From the NCBI RefSeq assembly GCF_009914755.1, contig NC_060935.1: a stretch of DNA of 64,000 nucleotides; one strand, given 5' to 3'. This DNA is from the human T2T-CHM13v2.0 reference genome, Homo sapiens. The position numbers and the translations under genes were made by a program. Below the pieces are notes generated by a model. The model had not been told where the DNA came from. It made no database searches and saw nothing but the letters and a program-made list of their open reading frames with translations. Shown in pieces: positions 25,101 to 41,000 of the stretch (positions are counted from its first letter, which is position 1; each line of letters opens with the position of its first letter).

Positions 25101-26042
25101 TCTCTTTCTTTGGATTCTGCAAGTGGATATGTGGACCTCTGTGAAGATTTCGTTGGAAACGGGTTCATCTTCACAGAAAAACTAAACAGAAGCATTCTCA
25201 GAAACTGCTTTGTGATGTTTGTGTTCCACTTCAGGAATTGAACTTTCCTCTTGACAGAGCAGCTCTGAAACCTTCTTATTCTAGAATCTGCAAGTGGACA
25301 TTTGGAGGGCTTTGAGGCCTGTGGTGGAAAAGGAAAATCTTCACATAAAAACTAGATGGAAGCATTCTCAGAAACTACTTTGTAATGATTGCATTCGACT
25401 CACAGAGTTGAACATTCCTATAGATAGAGCAGGTTGTAAACAATCTTTTTGTAGAATCTGCGATTGGAGATTTGGACTGCTTTGAGGCCTACTGTAGTAA
25501 AGGAAATAACTTCATCTAAAAACCAAACGGAAGCATTCACAGACAATTCTTAGTGATCATTGCATTGAACTAACAGAGCTAAACATTCCTTTAGATGGAG
25601 CAGTTTCCAAACACACTTTCTGTAGAACCTGCAAGTGGATATTTGGACCTCTCTGAGGATTTCGTTGGAAACGGGATAAACTTCCCAGAACTACACGGAA
25701 GCATTGTGAGAAACTTCTTTGTGATGTTTGCATTCAACTCACAGAGTTGAACCTTGCTTTCATAGTTCAGCTTTCAAACACTCTTTTTGTAGAATCTGCA
25801 AGTGGATATTTGGACCACTTTGTGGCCTTCCTTCGAAACGGGTATATCTTCACATCAAACCTAGACAGAAGCATTCTCAGAATGTTTCCTGTGATGACTG
25901 CATTCAACTCACAGAGGTGAACAATCCTGCTGATGGAGCAGTTTTGAAACTCTCTTTCTTTGGATTCTGCAAGTGGATATGTGGACCTCTGTGAAGATTT
26001 CGTTGGAAACGGGTTCATCTTCACAGAAAAACTAAACAGAAA

Positions 26043-29000
26043 CATTCTCAGAAACTGCTTTGTGATGTTTGTGTTCCACTTCAGGAATTGAACTTTCCTC
26101 TTGACAGAGCAGCTCTGAAACCCTCTTATTCTAGAATCTGCAAGTGGACATTTGGAGGGCTTTGAGGCCTGTGGTGGAAAAGGAAAATCTTCACATAAAA
26201 ACTAGATGGAAGCATTCTCAGAAACTACTTTGTGATGATTGCATTCGACTCACAGAGTTGAACATTCCTATAGATAGAGCAGGTTGTAAACAATCTTTTT
26301 GTAGAATCTGCGATTGGAGATTTGGACTGCTTTGAGGCCTACTGTAGTAAAGGAAATAACTTCATCTAAAAACCAAACGGAAGCATTCACAGACAATTCT
26401 TAGTGATCATTGGATTGAACTAACAGAGCTGAACATTCCTTTAGATGGCGCAGTTTCCAAACACACTTTCTGTAGAATCTGCAAGTGGATATTTGGACTT
26501 CTCTGAGGATTTCGTTGGAAAAGGGATAAACTTCCCAGAACTACACGGAAGCATTGTGAGAAACTTCTTTGTGATGTTTGCATTCAACTCACAGAGTTGA
26601 ACCTTGCTTTCATAGTTCAGCTTTCAAACACTCTTTTTGTAGAATCTGCAAGTGGATATTTGGACCACTTTGTGGCCTTCCTTCGAAACGGGTATATTTT
26701 CACATCAAACCTAGACAGAAGCATTCTCAGAATGTTTCCTGTGATGACTGCATTCAACTCACAGAGGTGAACAATCCTGCTGATGGAGCAGTTTTGAAAC
26801 TCTCTTTCTTTGGATTCTGCAAGTGGATATGTGGAGCTCTGTGAAGATTTCGTTGGAAACGGGTTCATCTTCACAGAAAAACTAAACAGGAGCATTCTCA
26901 GAAACTGCTTTGTGATGTTTGTGTTCCACTTCAAGAATTGAACTTTCCTCTTGACAGAGCAGCTCTGAAACCCTCTTATTCTAGAATCTGCAAGTGGACA
27001 TTTGGAGGGCTTTGAGGCCTGTGGTGGAAAAGGAAAATCTTCACATAAAAACTAGATGGAAGCATTCTCAGAAACTACTTTGTGATGATTGCATTCGACT
27101 CACAGAGTTGAACATTCCTATAGATAGAGCAGGTTGTAAACAATCTTTTTGTACAATCTGCGATTGGAGATTTGGACTGCTTTGAGGCCTACTGTAGTAA
27201 AGGAAATAACTTCATCTAAAAACCAAACGGAAGCATTCACAGACAATTCTTAGTGATCATTGCATTGAACTAACAGAGCTGAACATTCCTTTAGATGGAG
27301 CAGTTTCCAAACACACTTTCTGTAGAACCTGCAAGTGGATATTTGGACCTCTCTGAGGATTTCGTTGGAAAAGGGATAAACTTCCCAGAACTACACGGAA
27401 GCATTGTGAGAAACTTCTTTGTGATGTTTGCATTCAACTCACAGAGTTGAACCTTGCTTTCATAGTTCAGCTTTCAAACACTCTTTTTGTAGAATCTGCA
27501 AGTGGATATTTGGACCACTTTGTGGCCTTCCTTCGAAACGGGTATATCTTCACATCAAACCTAGACAGAAGCATTCTCAGAATGTTTCCTGTGATGACTG
27601 CATTCAACTCACAGAGGTGAACAATCCTGTTGATGGAGCAGTTTTGAAACTCTCTTTCTTTGGATTCTGCAAGTGGATATGTGGACCTCTGTGAAGATTT
27701 CGTTGGAAACGGGTTCATCTTCACAGAAAAACTAAACAGAAGCATTCTCAGAAACTGCTTTGTGATGTTTGTGTTCCACTTCAGGAATTGAACTTTCCTC
27801 TTGACAGAGCAGCTCTGAAACCCTCTTATTCTAGAATCTGCAAGTGGACATTTGGAGGGCTTTGAGGCCTGTGGTGGAAAAGGAAAATCTTCACATAAAA
27901 ACTAGATGGAAGCATTCTCAGAAACTACTTTGTGATGATTGCATTCGACTCACAGAGTTGAACATTCCTATAGATAGAGCAGGTTGTAAACAATCTTTTT
28001 GTACAATCTGCGATTGGAGATTTGCACTGCTTTGAGGCCTACTGTAGTAAAGGAAATAACTTCATCTAAAAACCAAACGGAAGCATTCACAGACAATTCT
28101 TAGTGATCATTGCATTGAACTAACAGAGCTGAACATTCCTTTAGATGGAGCAGTTTCCAAACACACTTTCTGTAGAACCTGCAAGTGGATATTTGGACCT
28201 CTCTGAGGATTTCGTTGGAAACGGGATAAACTTCCCAGAACTACACGGAAGCATTGTGAGAAACTTCTTTGTGATGTTTGCATTCAACTCACAGTGTTGA
28301 ACCTTGCTTTCATAGTTCAGCTTTCAAACACTCTTTTTGTAGAATCTGCAAGTGGATATTTGGACCACTTTGTGGCCTTCCTTCGAAACGGGTATATCTT
28401 CACATCAAACCTAGACAGAAGCATTCTCAGAATGTTTCCTGTGATGACTGCATTCAACTCACAGAGGTGAACAATCCTGTTGATGGAGCAGTTTTGAAAC
28501 TCTCTTTCTTTGGATTCTGCAAGTGGATATGTGGACCTCTGTGAAGATTTCGTTGGAAACGGGTTCATCTTCACAGAAAAACTAAACAGAAGCATTCTCA
28601 GAAACTGCTTTGTGATGTTTGTGTTCCACTTCAGGAATTGAACTTTCCTCTTGACAGAGCAGCTCTGAAACCCTCTTATTCTAGAATCTGCAAGTGGACA
28701 TTTGGAGGGCTTTGAGGCCTGTGGTGGAAAAGGAAAATCTTCACATAAAAACTAGATGGAAGCATTCCCAGAAACTACTTTGTGATGATTGCATTCGACT
28801 CACAGAGTTGAACATTCCTATAGATAGAGCAGGTTGTAAACAATCTTTTTGTAGAATCTGCGATTGGAGATTTGGACTGCTTTGAGGCCTACTGTAGTAA
28901 AGGAAATAACTTCATCTAAAAACCAAACGGAAGCATTCACAGACAATTCTTAGTGATCATTGCATTGAACTAACAGAGCTGAACATTCCTTTAGATGGAG

Positions 29001-32000
29001 CAGTTTCCAAACACACTTTCTGTAGAATCTGCAAGTGGATATTTGGACTTCTCTGAGGATTTCGTTGGAAACGGGATAAACTTCCCAGAACTACACGGAA
29101 GCATTGTGAGAAACTTCTTTGTGATGTTTGCATTCAACTCACAGAGTTGAACCTTGCTTTCATAGTTCAGCTTTCAAACACTCTTTTTGTAGAATCTGCA
29201 AGTGGATATTTGGACCACTTTGTGGCCTTCCTTCGAAACGGGTATATCTTCACATCAAACCTAGACAGAAGCATTCTCAGAATGTTTCCTGTGAAGACTG
29301 CATTCAACTCACAGAGATGAACAATCCTGTTGATGGAGCACTTTGGAAACTCTCTTTCTTTGGATTCTGCAAGTTGATATGTGGACCTCTGTGAAGATTT
29401 CGTTGGAAACGGGTTCATCTTCACAGAAAAACTAAACAGAAGCATTCTCAAAAACTACTTTGTGATGTTTGTGTTCCACTTCAAGAATTGAACTTTCCTC
29501 TTGACAGAGCAGCTCTGAAAACCTCTTTTTCTAGAATCTGCAAGTGGACATTTGGAGGGCTTTGAGGCCTGTGGTGGAAAAGGAAAATCTTCACATAAAA
29601 ACTAGATGGAAGCATTCTCAGAAACTACTTTGTGATGATTGCATTCGACTCACAGAGTTGAACATTCCTATAGATAGAGCAGGTTGTAAACAATCTTTTT
29701 GTAGAATCTGCGATTGGAGATTTGGACTGCTTTGAGGCCTACTGTAGTAAAGGAAATAACTTCATCTAAAAACCAAACGGAAGCATTCACAGACAATTCT
29801 TAGTGATCATTGGATTGAACTAGCAGAGCTGAACATTCCTTTAGATGGAGCAGTTTCCAAACCCACTTTCTGTAGAATCTGCAAGTGGATATTTGGACTT
29901 CTCTGAGAATTTCGTTGGAAACGAGATAAACTTCCCAGAACTACAGGGAAGCATTGTGAGAAACTTCTTTGTGATGTTTGCATTCAACTCACAGAGTTGA
30001 ACCTTGCTTTCATAGTTCAGCTTTCAAACACTCTTTTTGTAGAATCTGCAAGTGGATATTTGGACCACTTTGTGGCCTTCCTTCGAAACGGGTATATCTT
30101 CACATCAAACCTAGACAGAAGCATTCTCAGAATGTTTCCTGTGATGACTGCATTCAACTCACAGAGGTGAACAATCCTGCTGATGGAGCAGTGTTGAAAC
30201 TCTCTTTCTTTGGATTCTGCAAGTGGATATGTGGACCTCTGTGAAGATTTCGTTGGAAACGGGTTCATCTTCACAGAAAAACTAAACAGGAGCATTCTCA
30301 GAAACTGCTTTGTGATGTTTGTGTTCCACTTCAAGAACTGAACTTTCCTCTTGACAGAGCAGCTCCGAAACCCTCTTTTTCTAGAATCTGCAAGTGGACA
30401 TTTGGAGGGCTTTGAGGCCTGTGGTGGAAAAGGAAAATCTTCACATAAAAACTAGATGGAAGCATTCTCAGAAACTACTTTGTGATGATTGCATTCGACT
30501 CACAGAGTTGAACATTCCTATAGATAGAGCAGGTTGTAAACAATCTTTTTGTAGAATCTGCGATTGGAGATTTGGACTGCTTTGAGGCCTACTGTAGTAA
30601 AGGAAATAACTTCATCTAAAAACCAAACGGAAGCATTCACAGACAATTCTTAGTGATCATTGCATTGAACTAACAGAGCTGAACATTCCTTTAGATGGCG
30701 CAGTTTCCAAACACACTTTCTGTAGAATCTGCAAGTGGATATTTGGACCTCTCTGAGGATTTCGTTGGAAACGGGATAAACTTCCCAGAACTACACGGAA
30801 GCATTGTGAGAAACTTCTTTGTGATGTTTGCATTCAACTCACAGAGTTGAACCTTGCTTTCATAGTTCAGCTTTCAAACACTCTTTTTGTAGAATCTGCA
30901 AGTGGATATTTGGACCACTTTGTGGCCTTCCTTCGAAACGGGTATATCTTCACATCAAACCTAGACAGAAGCATTCTCAGAATGTTTCCTGTGATGACTG
31001 CATTCAACTCACAGAGGTGAATAATCCTGTTGATGGAGCACTTTTGAAACTCTCTTTCTTTGGATTCTGCAAGTTGATATGTGGACCTCTGTGAAGATTT
31101 CGTTGGAAACGGGTTCATCTTCACAGAAAAACTAAACAGAAGCATTCTCAGAAACTACTTTGTGATGTTTGTGTTCCACTTCAGGAATTGAACTTTCCTC
31201 TTGACAGAGCAGCTCTGAAACCCTCTTATTCTAGAATCTGCAAGTGGACATTTGGAGGGCTTTGAGGCCTGTGGTGGAAAAGGAAAATCTTCACATAAAA
31301 ACTAGATGGAAGCATTCTCAGAAACTACTTTGTGATGACTGCATTCGACTCACAGAGTTGAACATTCCTATAGATAGAGCAGGTTGTAAACAATCTTTTT
31401 GTAGAATCTGCGATTGGAGATTTGGACTGCTTTGAGGCCTACTGTAGTAAAGGAAATAACTTCATCTAAAAACCAAACGGAAGCATTCACAGACAATTCT
31501 TAGTGATCATTGGATTGAACTAACAGAGCTGAACATTCCTTTAGATGGAGCAGTTTCCAAACCCACTTTCTGTAGAATCTGCAAGTGGATATTTGGACTT
31601 CTCTGAGGATTTCGTTGGAAACGGGATAAACTTTCCAGAACTACACGGAAGCATTGTGAGAAACTTCTTTGTGATGTTTGCATTCAACTCACACAGTTGA
31701 ACCTTGCTTTCATAGTTCAGCTTTCAAACACTCTTTTTGGAGAATCTGCAAGTGGATATTTGGACCACTTTGTGGCCTTCCTTCGAAACGGGTATATCTT
31801 CACATCAAACCTAGACAGAAGCATTCTCAGAAGGTTTCCTGTCATGACTGCATTCAACTCACAGAGGTGAACAATCCTGCTGATGGAGCAGTTTTGAAAC
31901 TCTCTTTCTTTGGATTCTGCAAGTGGATATGTGGACCTCTGTGAAGATTTCGTTGGAAACGGGTTCATCTTCACAGAAAAACTAAACAGAAGCATTCTCA

Positions 32001-35000
32001 GAAACTGCTTTGTGATGTTTGTGTTCCACTTCAGGAATTGAACTTTCCTCTTGACAGAGCAGCTCTGAAACCCTCTTATTCTAGAATCTGCAAGTGGACA
32101 TTTGGAGGGCTTTGAGGCCTGTGGTGGAAAAGGAAAATCTTCACATAAAAACTAGATGGAAGCATTCTCAGAAACTACTTTGTGATGATTGCATTCGACT
32201 CACAGAGTTGAACATTCCTATAGATAGAGCAGGTTGTAAACAATCTTTTTGTAGAATCTGCGATTGGAGATTTGGACTGCTTTGAGGCCTACTGTAGTAA
32301 AGGAAATAACTTCATCTAAAAACGAAACGGAAGCATTCACAGACAATTCTTAGTGATCATTGCATTGAACTAACAGAGCTGAACATTCCTTTAGATGGAG
32401 CAGTTTCCAAACACACTTTCTGTAGAACCTGCAAGTGGTTATTTGGACCTCTCTGAGGATTTCGTTGGAAACGGGATAAACTTCCCAGAACTACACGGAA
32501 GCATTGTGAGAAACTTCTTTGTGATGTTTGCGTTCAACTCACAGAGTTGAACCTTGCTTTCATAGTTCAGCTTTCAAACACTCTTTTTGTAGAATCTGCA
32601 AGTGGATATTTGGACCACTTTGTGGCCTTCCTTCGAAACGGGTATATCTTCACATCAAACCTAGACAGAAGCATTCTCAGAATGTTTCCTGTGATGACTG
32701 CATTCAACTCACAGAGGTGAACAATCCTGCTGATGGAGCAGTTTTGAAACTCTCTTTCTTTGGATTCTGCAAGTGGATATGTGGACCTCTGTGAAGATTT
32801 CGTTGGAAACGGGTTCATCTTCACAGAAAAACTAAACAGAAGCATTCTCAGAAACTGCTTTGTGATGTTTGTGTTCCACTTCAGGAATTGAACTTTCCTC
32901 TTGACAGAGCAGCTCTGAAACCCTCTTATTCTAGAATCTGCAAGTGGACATTTGGAGGGCTTTGAGGCCTGTGGTGGAAAAGGAAAATCTTCACATAAAA
33001 ACTAGATGGAAGCATTCTCAGAAACTACTTTGTGATAATTGCATTCGACTCACAGAGTTGAACATTCCTATAGATAGAGCAGGTTGTAAACAATCTTTTT
33101 GTAGAATCTGCGATTGGAGATTCGGACTGCTTTGAGGCCTACTGTAGTAAAGGAAATAACTTCATCTAAAAACCAAACGGAAGCATTCACAGACAATTCT
33201 TAGTGATCATTGCATTGAACTAACAGAGCTGAACATTCCTTTAGATGGAGCAGTTTCCAAACACACTTTCTGTAGAACCTGCAAGTGGATATTTGGACCT
33301 CTCTGAGGATTTCGTTGGAAACGGGATAAACTTCCCAGAACTACACGGAAGCATGCTGAGAAACTTCTTTGTGATGTTTGCATTCAACTCACAGAGTTGA
33401 ACCTTGCTTTCATAGTTCAGCTTTCAAACACTCTTTTTGTAGAATCTGCAAGTGGATATTTGGACCACTTTGTGGCCTTCCTTCGAAACGGGTATATCTT
33501 CACATCAAACCTAGACAGAAGCATTCTCAGAATGTTTCCTGTGATGACTGCATTCAACTCACAGAGGTGAACAATCCTGCTGATGGAGCAGTTTTGAAAC
33601 TCTCTTTCTTTGGATTCTGCAAGTGGATATGTGGACCTCTGTGAAGATTTCGTTGGAAACGGGTTCATCTTCACAGAAAAACTAAACAGAAGCATTCTCA
33701 GAAACTGCTTTGTGATGTTTGTGTTCCACTTCAGGAATTGAACTTTCCTCTTGACAGAGCAGCTCTGAAACCCTCTTATTCTAGAATCTGCAAGTGGACA
33801 TTTGGAGGGCTTTGAGGCCTGTGGTGGAAAAGGAAAATCTTCACATAAAAACTAGATGGAAGCATTCTCAGAAACTACTTTGTGATAATTGCATTCGACT
33901 CACAGAGTTGAACATTCCTATAGATAGAGCAGGTTGTAAACAATCTTTTTGTAGAATCTGCGATTGGAGATTCGGACTGCTTTGAGGCCTACTGTAGTAA
34001 AGGAAATAACTTCATCTAAAAACCAAACGGAAGCATTCACAGACAATTCTTAGTGATCATTGCATTGAACTAACAGAGCTGAACATTCCTTTAGATGGAG
34101 CAGTTTCCAAACACACTTTCTGTAGAACCTGCAAGTGGATATTTGGACCTCTCTGAGGATTTCGTTGGAAACGGGATAAACTTCCCAGAACTACACGGAA
34201 GCATGCTGAGAAACTTCTTTGTGATGTTTGCATTCAACTCACAGAGTTGAACCTTGCTTTCATAGTTCAGCTTTCAAACACTCTTTTTGTAGAATCTGCA
34301 AGTGGATATTTGGACCACTTTGTGGCCTTCCTTCGAAACGGGTATATCTTCACATCAAACCTAGACAGAAGCATTCTCAGAATGTTTCCTGTGATGACTG
34401 CATTCAACTCACAGAGGTGAACAATCCTGCTGATGGAGCAGTGTTGAAACTCTCTTTCTTTGGATTCTGCAAGTGGATATGTGGACCTCTGTGAAGATTT
34501 CGTTGGAAACGGGTTCATCTTCACAGAAAAACTAAACAGGAGCATTCTCAGAAACTGCTTTGTGATGTTTGTGTTCCACTTCAGGAATTGAACTTTCCTC
34601 TTGACAGAGCAGCTCTGAAACCCTCTTATTCTAGAATCTGCAAGTGGACATTTGGAGGGCTTTGAGGCCTGTGGTGGAAAAGGAAAATCTTCACATAAAA
34701 ACTAGATGGAAGCATTCTCAGAAACTACTTTGTGATGATTGCATTCGACTCACAGAGTTGAACATTCCTATAGATAGAGCAGGTTGTAAACAATCTTTTT
34801 GTAGAATCTGCGATTGGAGATTTGGACTGCTTTGAGGCCTACTGTAGTAAAGGAAATAACTTCATCTAAAAACCAAACGGAAGCATTCACAGACAATTCT
34901 TAGTGATCATTGGATTGAACTAACAGAGCTGAACATTCCTTTAGATGGCGCAGTTTCCAAACACACTTTCTGTAGAATCTGCAAGTGGATATTTGGACTT

Positions 35001-38000
35001 CTCTGAGGATTTCGTTGGAAAAGGGATAAACTTCCCAGAACTACACGGAAGCATTGTGAGAAACTTCTTTGTGATGTTTGCATTCAACTCACAGAGTTGA
35101 ACCTTGCTTTCATAGTTCAGCTTTCAAACACTCTTTTTGTAGAATCTGCAAGTGGATATTTGGACCACTTTGTGGCCTTCCTTCGAAACGGGTATATTTT
35201 CACATCAAACCTAGACAGAAGCATTCTCAGAATGTTTCCTGTGATGACTGCATTCAACTCACAGAGGTGAACAATCCTGCTGATGGAGCAGTTTTGAAAC
35301 TCTCTTTCTTTGGATTCTGCAAGTGGATATGTGGAGCTCTGTGAAGATTTCGTTGGAAACGGGTTCATCTTCACAGAAAAACTAAACAGGAGCATTCTCA
35401 GAAACTGCTTTGTGATGTTTGTGTTCCACTTCAAGAATTGAACTTTCCTCTTGACAGAGCAGCTCTGAAACCCTCTTATTCTAGAATCTGCAAGTGGACA
35501 TTTGGAGGGCTTTGAGGCCTGGGGTGGAAAAGGAAAATCTTCACATAAAAACTAGATGGAAGCATTCTCAGAAACTACTTTGTGATGATTGCATTCGACT
35601 CACAGAGTTGAACATTCCTATAGATAGAGCAGGTTGTAAACAATCTTTTTGTACAATCTGCGATTGGAGATTTGGACTGCTTTGAGGCCTACTGTAGTAA
35701 AGGAAATAACTTCATCTAAAAACCAAACGGAAGCATTCACAGACAATTCTTAGTGATCATTGCATTGAACTAACAGAGCTGAACATTCCTTTAGATGGAG
35801 CAGTTTCCAAACACACTTTCTGTAGAACCTGCAAGTGGATATTTGGACCTCTCTGAGGATTTCGTTGGAAAAGGGATAAACTTCCCAGAACTACACGGAA
35901 GCATTGTGAGAAACTTCTTTGTGATGTTTGCATTCAACTCACAGAGTTGAACCTTGCTTTCATAGTTCAGCTTTCAAACACTCTTTTTGTAGAATCTGCA
36001 AGTGGATATTTGGACCACTTTGTGGCCTTCCTTCGAAACGGGTATATCTTCACATCAAACCTAGACAGAAGCATTCTCAGAATGTTTCCTGTGATGACTG
36101 CATTCAACTCACAGAGGTGAACAATCCTGTTGATGGAGCAGTTTTGAAACTCTCTTTCTTTGGATTCTGCAAGTGGATATGTGGACCTCTGTGAAGATTT
36201 CGTTGGAAACGGGTTCATCTTCACAGAAAAACTAAACAGAAGCATTCTCAGAAACTGCTTTGTGATGTTTGTGTTCCACTTCAGGAATTGAACTTTCCTC
36301 TTGACAGAGCAGCTCTGAAACCCTCTTATTCTAGAATCTGCAAGTGGACATTTGGAGGGCTTTGAGGCCTGTGGTGGAAAAGGAAAATCTTCACATAAAA
36401 ACTAGATGGAAGCATTCTCAGAAACTACTTTGTGATGATTGCATTCGACTCACAGAGTTGAACATTCCTATAGATAGAGCAGGTTGTAAACAATCTTTTT
36501 GTACAATCTGCGATTGGAGATTTGCACTGCTTTGAGGCCTACTGTAGTAAAGGAAATAACTTCATCTAAAAACCAAACGGAAGCATTCACAGACAATTCT
36601 TAGTGATCATTGCATTGAACTAACAGAGCTGAACATTCCTTTAGATGGAGCAGTTTCCAAACACACTTTCTGTAGAACCTGCAAGTGGATATTTGGACCT
36701 CTCTGAGGATTTCGTTGGAAACGGGATAAACTTCCCAGAACTACACGGAAGCATTGTGAGAAACTTCTTTGTGATGTTTGCATTCAACTCACAGTGTTGA
36801 ACCTTGCTTTCATAGTTCAGCTTTCAAACACTCTTTTTGTAGAATCTGCAAGTGGATATTTGGACCACTTTGTGGCCTTCCTTCGAAACGGGTATATCTT
36901 CACATCAAACCTAGACAGAAGCATTCTCAGAATGTTTCCTGTGATGACTGCATTCAACTCACAGAGGTGAACAATCCTGTTGATGGAGCAGTTTTGAAAC
37001 TCTCTTTCTTTGGATTCTGCAAGTGGATATGTGGACCTCTGTGAAGATTTCGTTGGAAACGGGTTCATCTTCACAGAAAAACTAAACAGAAGCATTCTCA
37101 GAAACTGCTTTGTGATGTTTGTGTTCCACTTCAGGAATTGAACTTTCCTCTTGACAGAGCAGCTCTGAAACCCTCTTATTCTAGAATCTGCAAGTGGACA
37201 TTTGGAGGGCTTTGAGGCCTGTGGTGGAAAAGGAAAATCTTCACATAAAAACTAGATGGAAGCATTCCCAGAAACTACTTTGTGATGATTGCATTCGACT
37301 CACAGAGTTGAACATTCCTATAGATAGAGCAGGTTGTAAACAATCTTTTTGTAGAATCTGCGATTGGAGATTTGGACTGCTTTGAGGCCTACTGTAGTAA
37401 AGGAAATAACTTCATCTAAAAACCAAACGGAAGCATTCACAGACAATTCTTAGTGATCATTGCATTGAACTAACAGAGCTGAACATTCCTTTAGATGGAG
37501 CAGTTTCCAAACACACTTTCTGTAGAATCTGCAAGTGGATATTTGGACTTCTCTGAGGATTTCGTTGGAAACGGGATAAACTTCCCAGAACTACACGGAA
37601 GCATTGTGAGAAACTTCTTTGTGATGTTTGCATTCAACTCACAGAGTTGAACCTTGCTTTCATAGTTCAGCTTTCAAACACTCTTTTTGTAGAATCTGCA
37701 AGTGGATATTTGGACCACTTTGTGGCCTTCCTTCGAAACGGGTATATCTTCACATCAAACCTAGACAGAAGCATTCTCAGAATGTTTCCTGTGAAGACTG
37801 CATTCAACTCACAGAGATGAACAATCCTGTTGATGGAGCACTTTGGAAACTCTCTTTCTTTGGATTCTGCAAGTTGATATGTGGACCTCTGTGAAGATTT
37901 CGTTGGAAACGGGTTCATCTTCACAGAAAAACTAAACAGAAGCATTCTCAAAAACTACTTTGTGATGTTTGTGTTCCACTTCAAGAATTGAACTTTCCTC

Positions 38001-41000
38001 TTGACAGAGCAGCTCTGAAAACCTCTTTTTCTAGAATCTGCAAGTGGACATTTGGAGGGCTTTGAGGCCTGTGGTGGAAAAGGAAAATCTTCACATAAAA
38101 ACTAGATGGAAGCATTCTCAGAAACTACTTTGTGATGATTGCATTCGACTCACAGAGTTGAACATTCCTATAGATAGAGCAGGTTGTAAACAATCTTTTT
38201 GTAGAATCTGCGATTGGAGATTTGGACTGCTTTGAGGCCTACTGTAGTAAAGGAAATAACTTCATCTAAAAACCAAACGGAAGCATTCACAGACAATTCT
38301 TAGTGATCATTGGATTGAACTAGCAGAGCTGAACATTCCTTTAGATGGAGCAGTTTCCAAACCCACTTTCTGTAGAATCTGCAAGTGGATATTTGGACTT
38401 CTCTGAGAATTTCGTTGGAAACGAGATAAACTTCCCAGAACTACAGGGAAGCATTGTGAGAAACTTCTTTGTGATGTTTGCATTCAACTCACAGAGTTGA
38501 ACCTTGCTTTCATAGTTCAGCTTTCAAACACTCTTTTTGTAGAATCTGCAAGTGGATATTTGGACCACTTTGTGGCCTTCCTTCGAAACGGGTATATCTT
38601 CACATCAAACCTAGACAGAAGCATTCTCAGAATGTTTCCTGTGATGACTGCATTCAACTCACAGAGGTGAACAATCCTGCTGATGGAGCAGTGTTGAAAC
38701 TCTCTTTCTTTGGATTCTGCAAGTGGATATGTGGACCTCTGTGAAGATTTCGTTGGAAACGGGTTCATCTTCACAGAAAAACTAAACAGGAGCATTCTCA
38801 GAAACTGCTTTGTGATGTTTGTGTTCCACTTCAAGAACTGAACTTTCCTCTTGACAGAGCAGCTCCGAAACCCTCTTTTTCTAGAATCTGCAAGTGGACA
38901 TTTGGAGGGCTTTGAGGCCTGTGGTGGAAAAGGAAAATCTTCACATAAAAACTAGATGGAAGCATTCTCAGAAACTACTTTGTGATGATTGCATTCGACT
39001 CACAGAGTTGAACATTCCTATAGATAGAGCAGGTTGTAAACAATCTTTTTGTAGAATCTGCGATTGGAGATTTGGACTGCTTTGAGGCCTACTGTAGTAA
39101 AGGAAATAACTTCATCTAAAAACCAAACGGAAGCATTCACAGACAATTCTTAGTGATCATTGCATTGAACTAACAGAGCTGAACATTCCTTTAGATGGCG
39201 CAGTTTCCAAACACACTTTCTGTAGAATCTGCAAGTGGATATTTGGACCTCTCTGAGGATTTCGTTGGAAACGGGATAAACTTCCCAGAACTACACGGAA
39301 GCATTGTGAGAAACTTCTTTGTGATGTTTGCATTCAACTCACAGAGTTGAACCTTGCTTTCATAGTTCAGCTTTCAAACACTCTTTTTGTAGAATCTGCA
39401 AGTGGATATTTGGACCACTTTGTGGCCTTCCTTCGAAACGGGTATATCTTCACATCAAACCTAGACAGAAGCATTCTCAGAATGTTTCCTGTGATGACTG
39501 CATTCAACTCACAGAGGTGAATAATCCTGTTGATGGAGCACTTTTGAAACTCTCTTTCTTTGGATTCTGCAAGTTGATATGTGGACCTCTGTGAAGATTT
39601 CGTTGGAAACGGGTTCATCTTCACAGAAAAACTAAACAGAAGCATTCTCAGAAACTACTTTGTGATGTTTGTGTTCCACTTCAGGAATTGAACTTTCCTC
39701 TTGACAGAGCAGCTCTGAAACCCTCTTATTCTAGAATCTGCAAGTGGACATTTGGAGGGCTTTGAGGCCTGTGGTGGAAAAGGAAAATCTTCACATAAAA
39801 ACTAGATGGAAGCATTCTCAGAAACTACTTTGTGATGACTGCATTCGACTCACAGAGTTGAACATTCCTATAGATAGAGCAGGTTGTAAACAATCTTTTT
39901 GTAGAATCTGCGATTGGAGATTTGGACTGCTTTGAGGCCTACTGTAGTAAAGGAAATAACTTCATCTAAAAACCAAACGGAAGCATTCACAGACAATTCT
40001 TAGTGATCATTGGATTGAACTAACAGAGCTGAACATTCCTTTAGATGGAGCAGTTTCCAAACCCACTTTCTGTAGAATCTGCAAGTGGATATTTGGACTT
40101 CTCTGAGGATTTCGTTGGAAACGGGATAAACTTTCCAGAACTACACGGAAGCATTGTGAGAAACTTCTTTGTGATGTTTGCATTCAACTCACACAGTTGA
40201 ACCTTGCTTTCATAGTTCAGCTTTCAAACACTCTTTTTGGAGAATCTGCAAGTGGATATTTGGACCACTTTGTGGCCTTCCTTCGAAACGGGTATATCTT
40301 CACATCAAACCTAGACAGAAGCATTCTCAGAAGGTTTCCTGTCATGACTGCATTCAACTCACAGAGGTGAACAATCCTGCTGATGGAGCAGTTTTGAAAC
40401 TCTCTTTCTTTGGATTCTGCAAGTGGATATGTGGACCTCTGTGAAGATTTCGTTGGAAACGGGTTCATCTTCACAGAAAAACTAAACAGAAGCATTCTCA
40501 GAAACTGCTTTGTGATGTTTGTGTTCCACTTCAGGAATTGAACTTTCCTCTTGACAGAGCAGCTCTGAAACCCTCTTATTCTAGAATCTGCAAGTGGACA
40601 TTTGGAGGGCTTTGAGGCCTGTGGTGGAAAAGGAAAATCTTCACATAAAAACTAGATGGAAGCATTCTCAGAAACTACTTTGTGATGATTGCATTCGACT
40701 CACAGAGTTGAACATTCCTATAGATAGAGCAGGTTGTAAACAATCTTTTTGTAGAATCTGCGATTGGAGATTTGGACTGCTTTGAGGCCTACTGTAGTAA
40801 AGGAAATAACTTCATCTAAAAACGAAACGGAAGCATTCACAGACAATTCTTAGTGATCATTGCATTGAACTAACAGAGCTGAACATTCCTTTAGATGGAG
40901 CAGTTTCCAAACACACTTTCTGTAGAACCTGCAAGTGGTTATTTGGACCTCTCTGAGGATTTCGTTGGAAACGGGATAAACTTCCCAGAACTACACGGAA

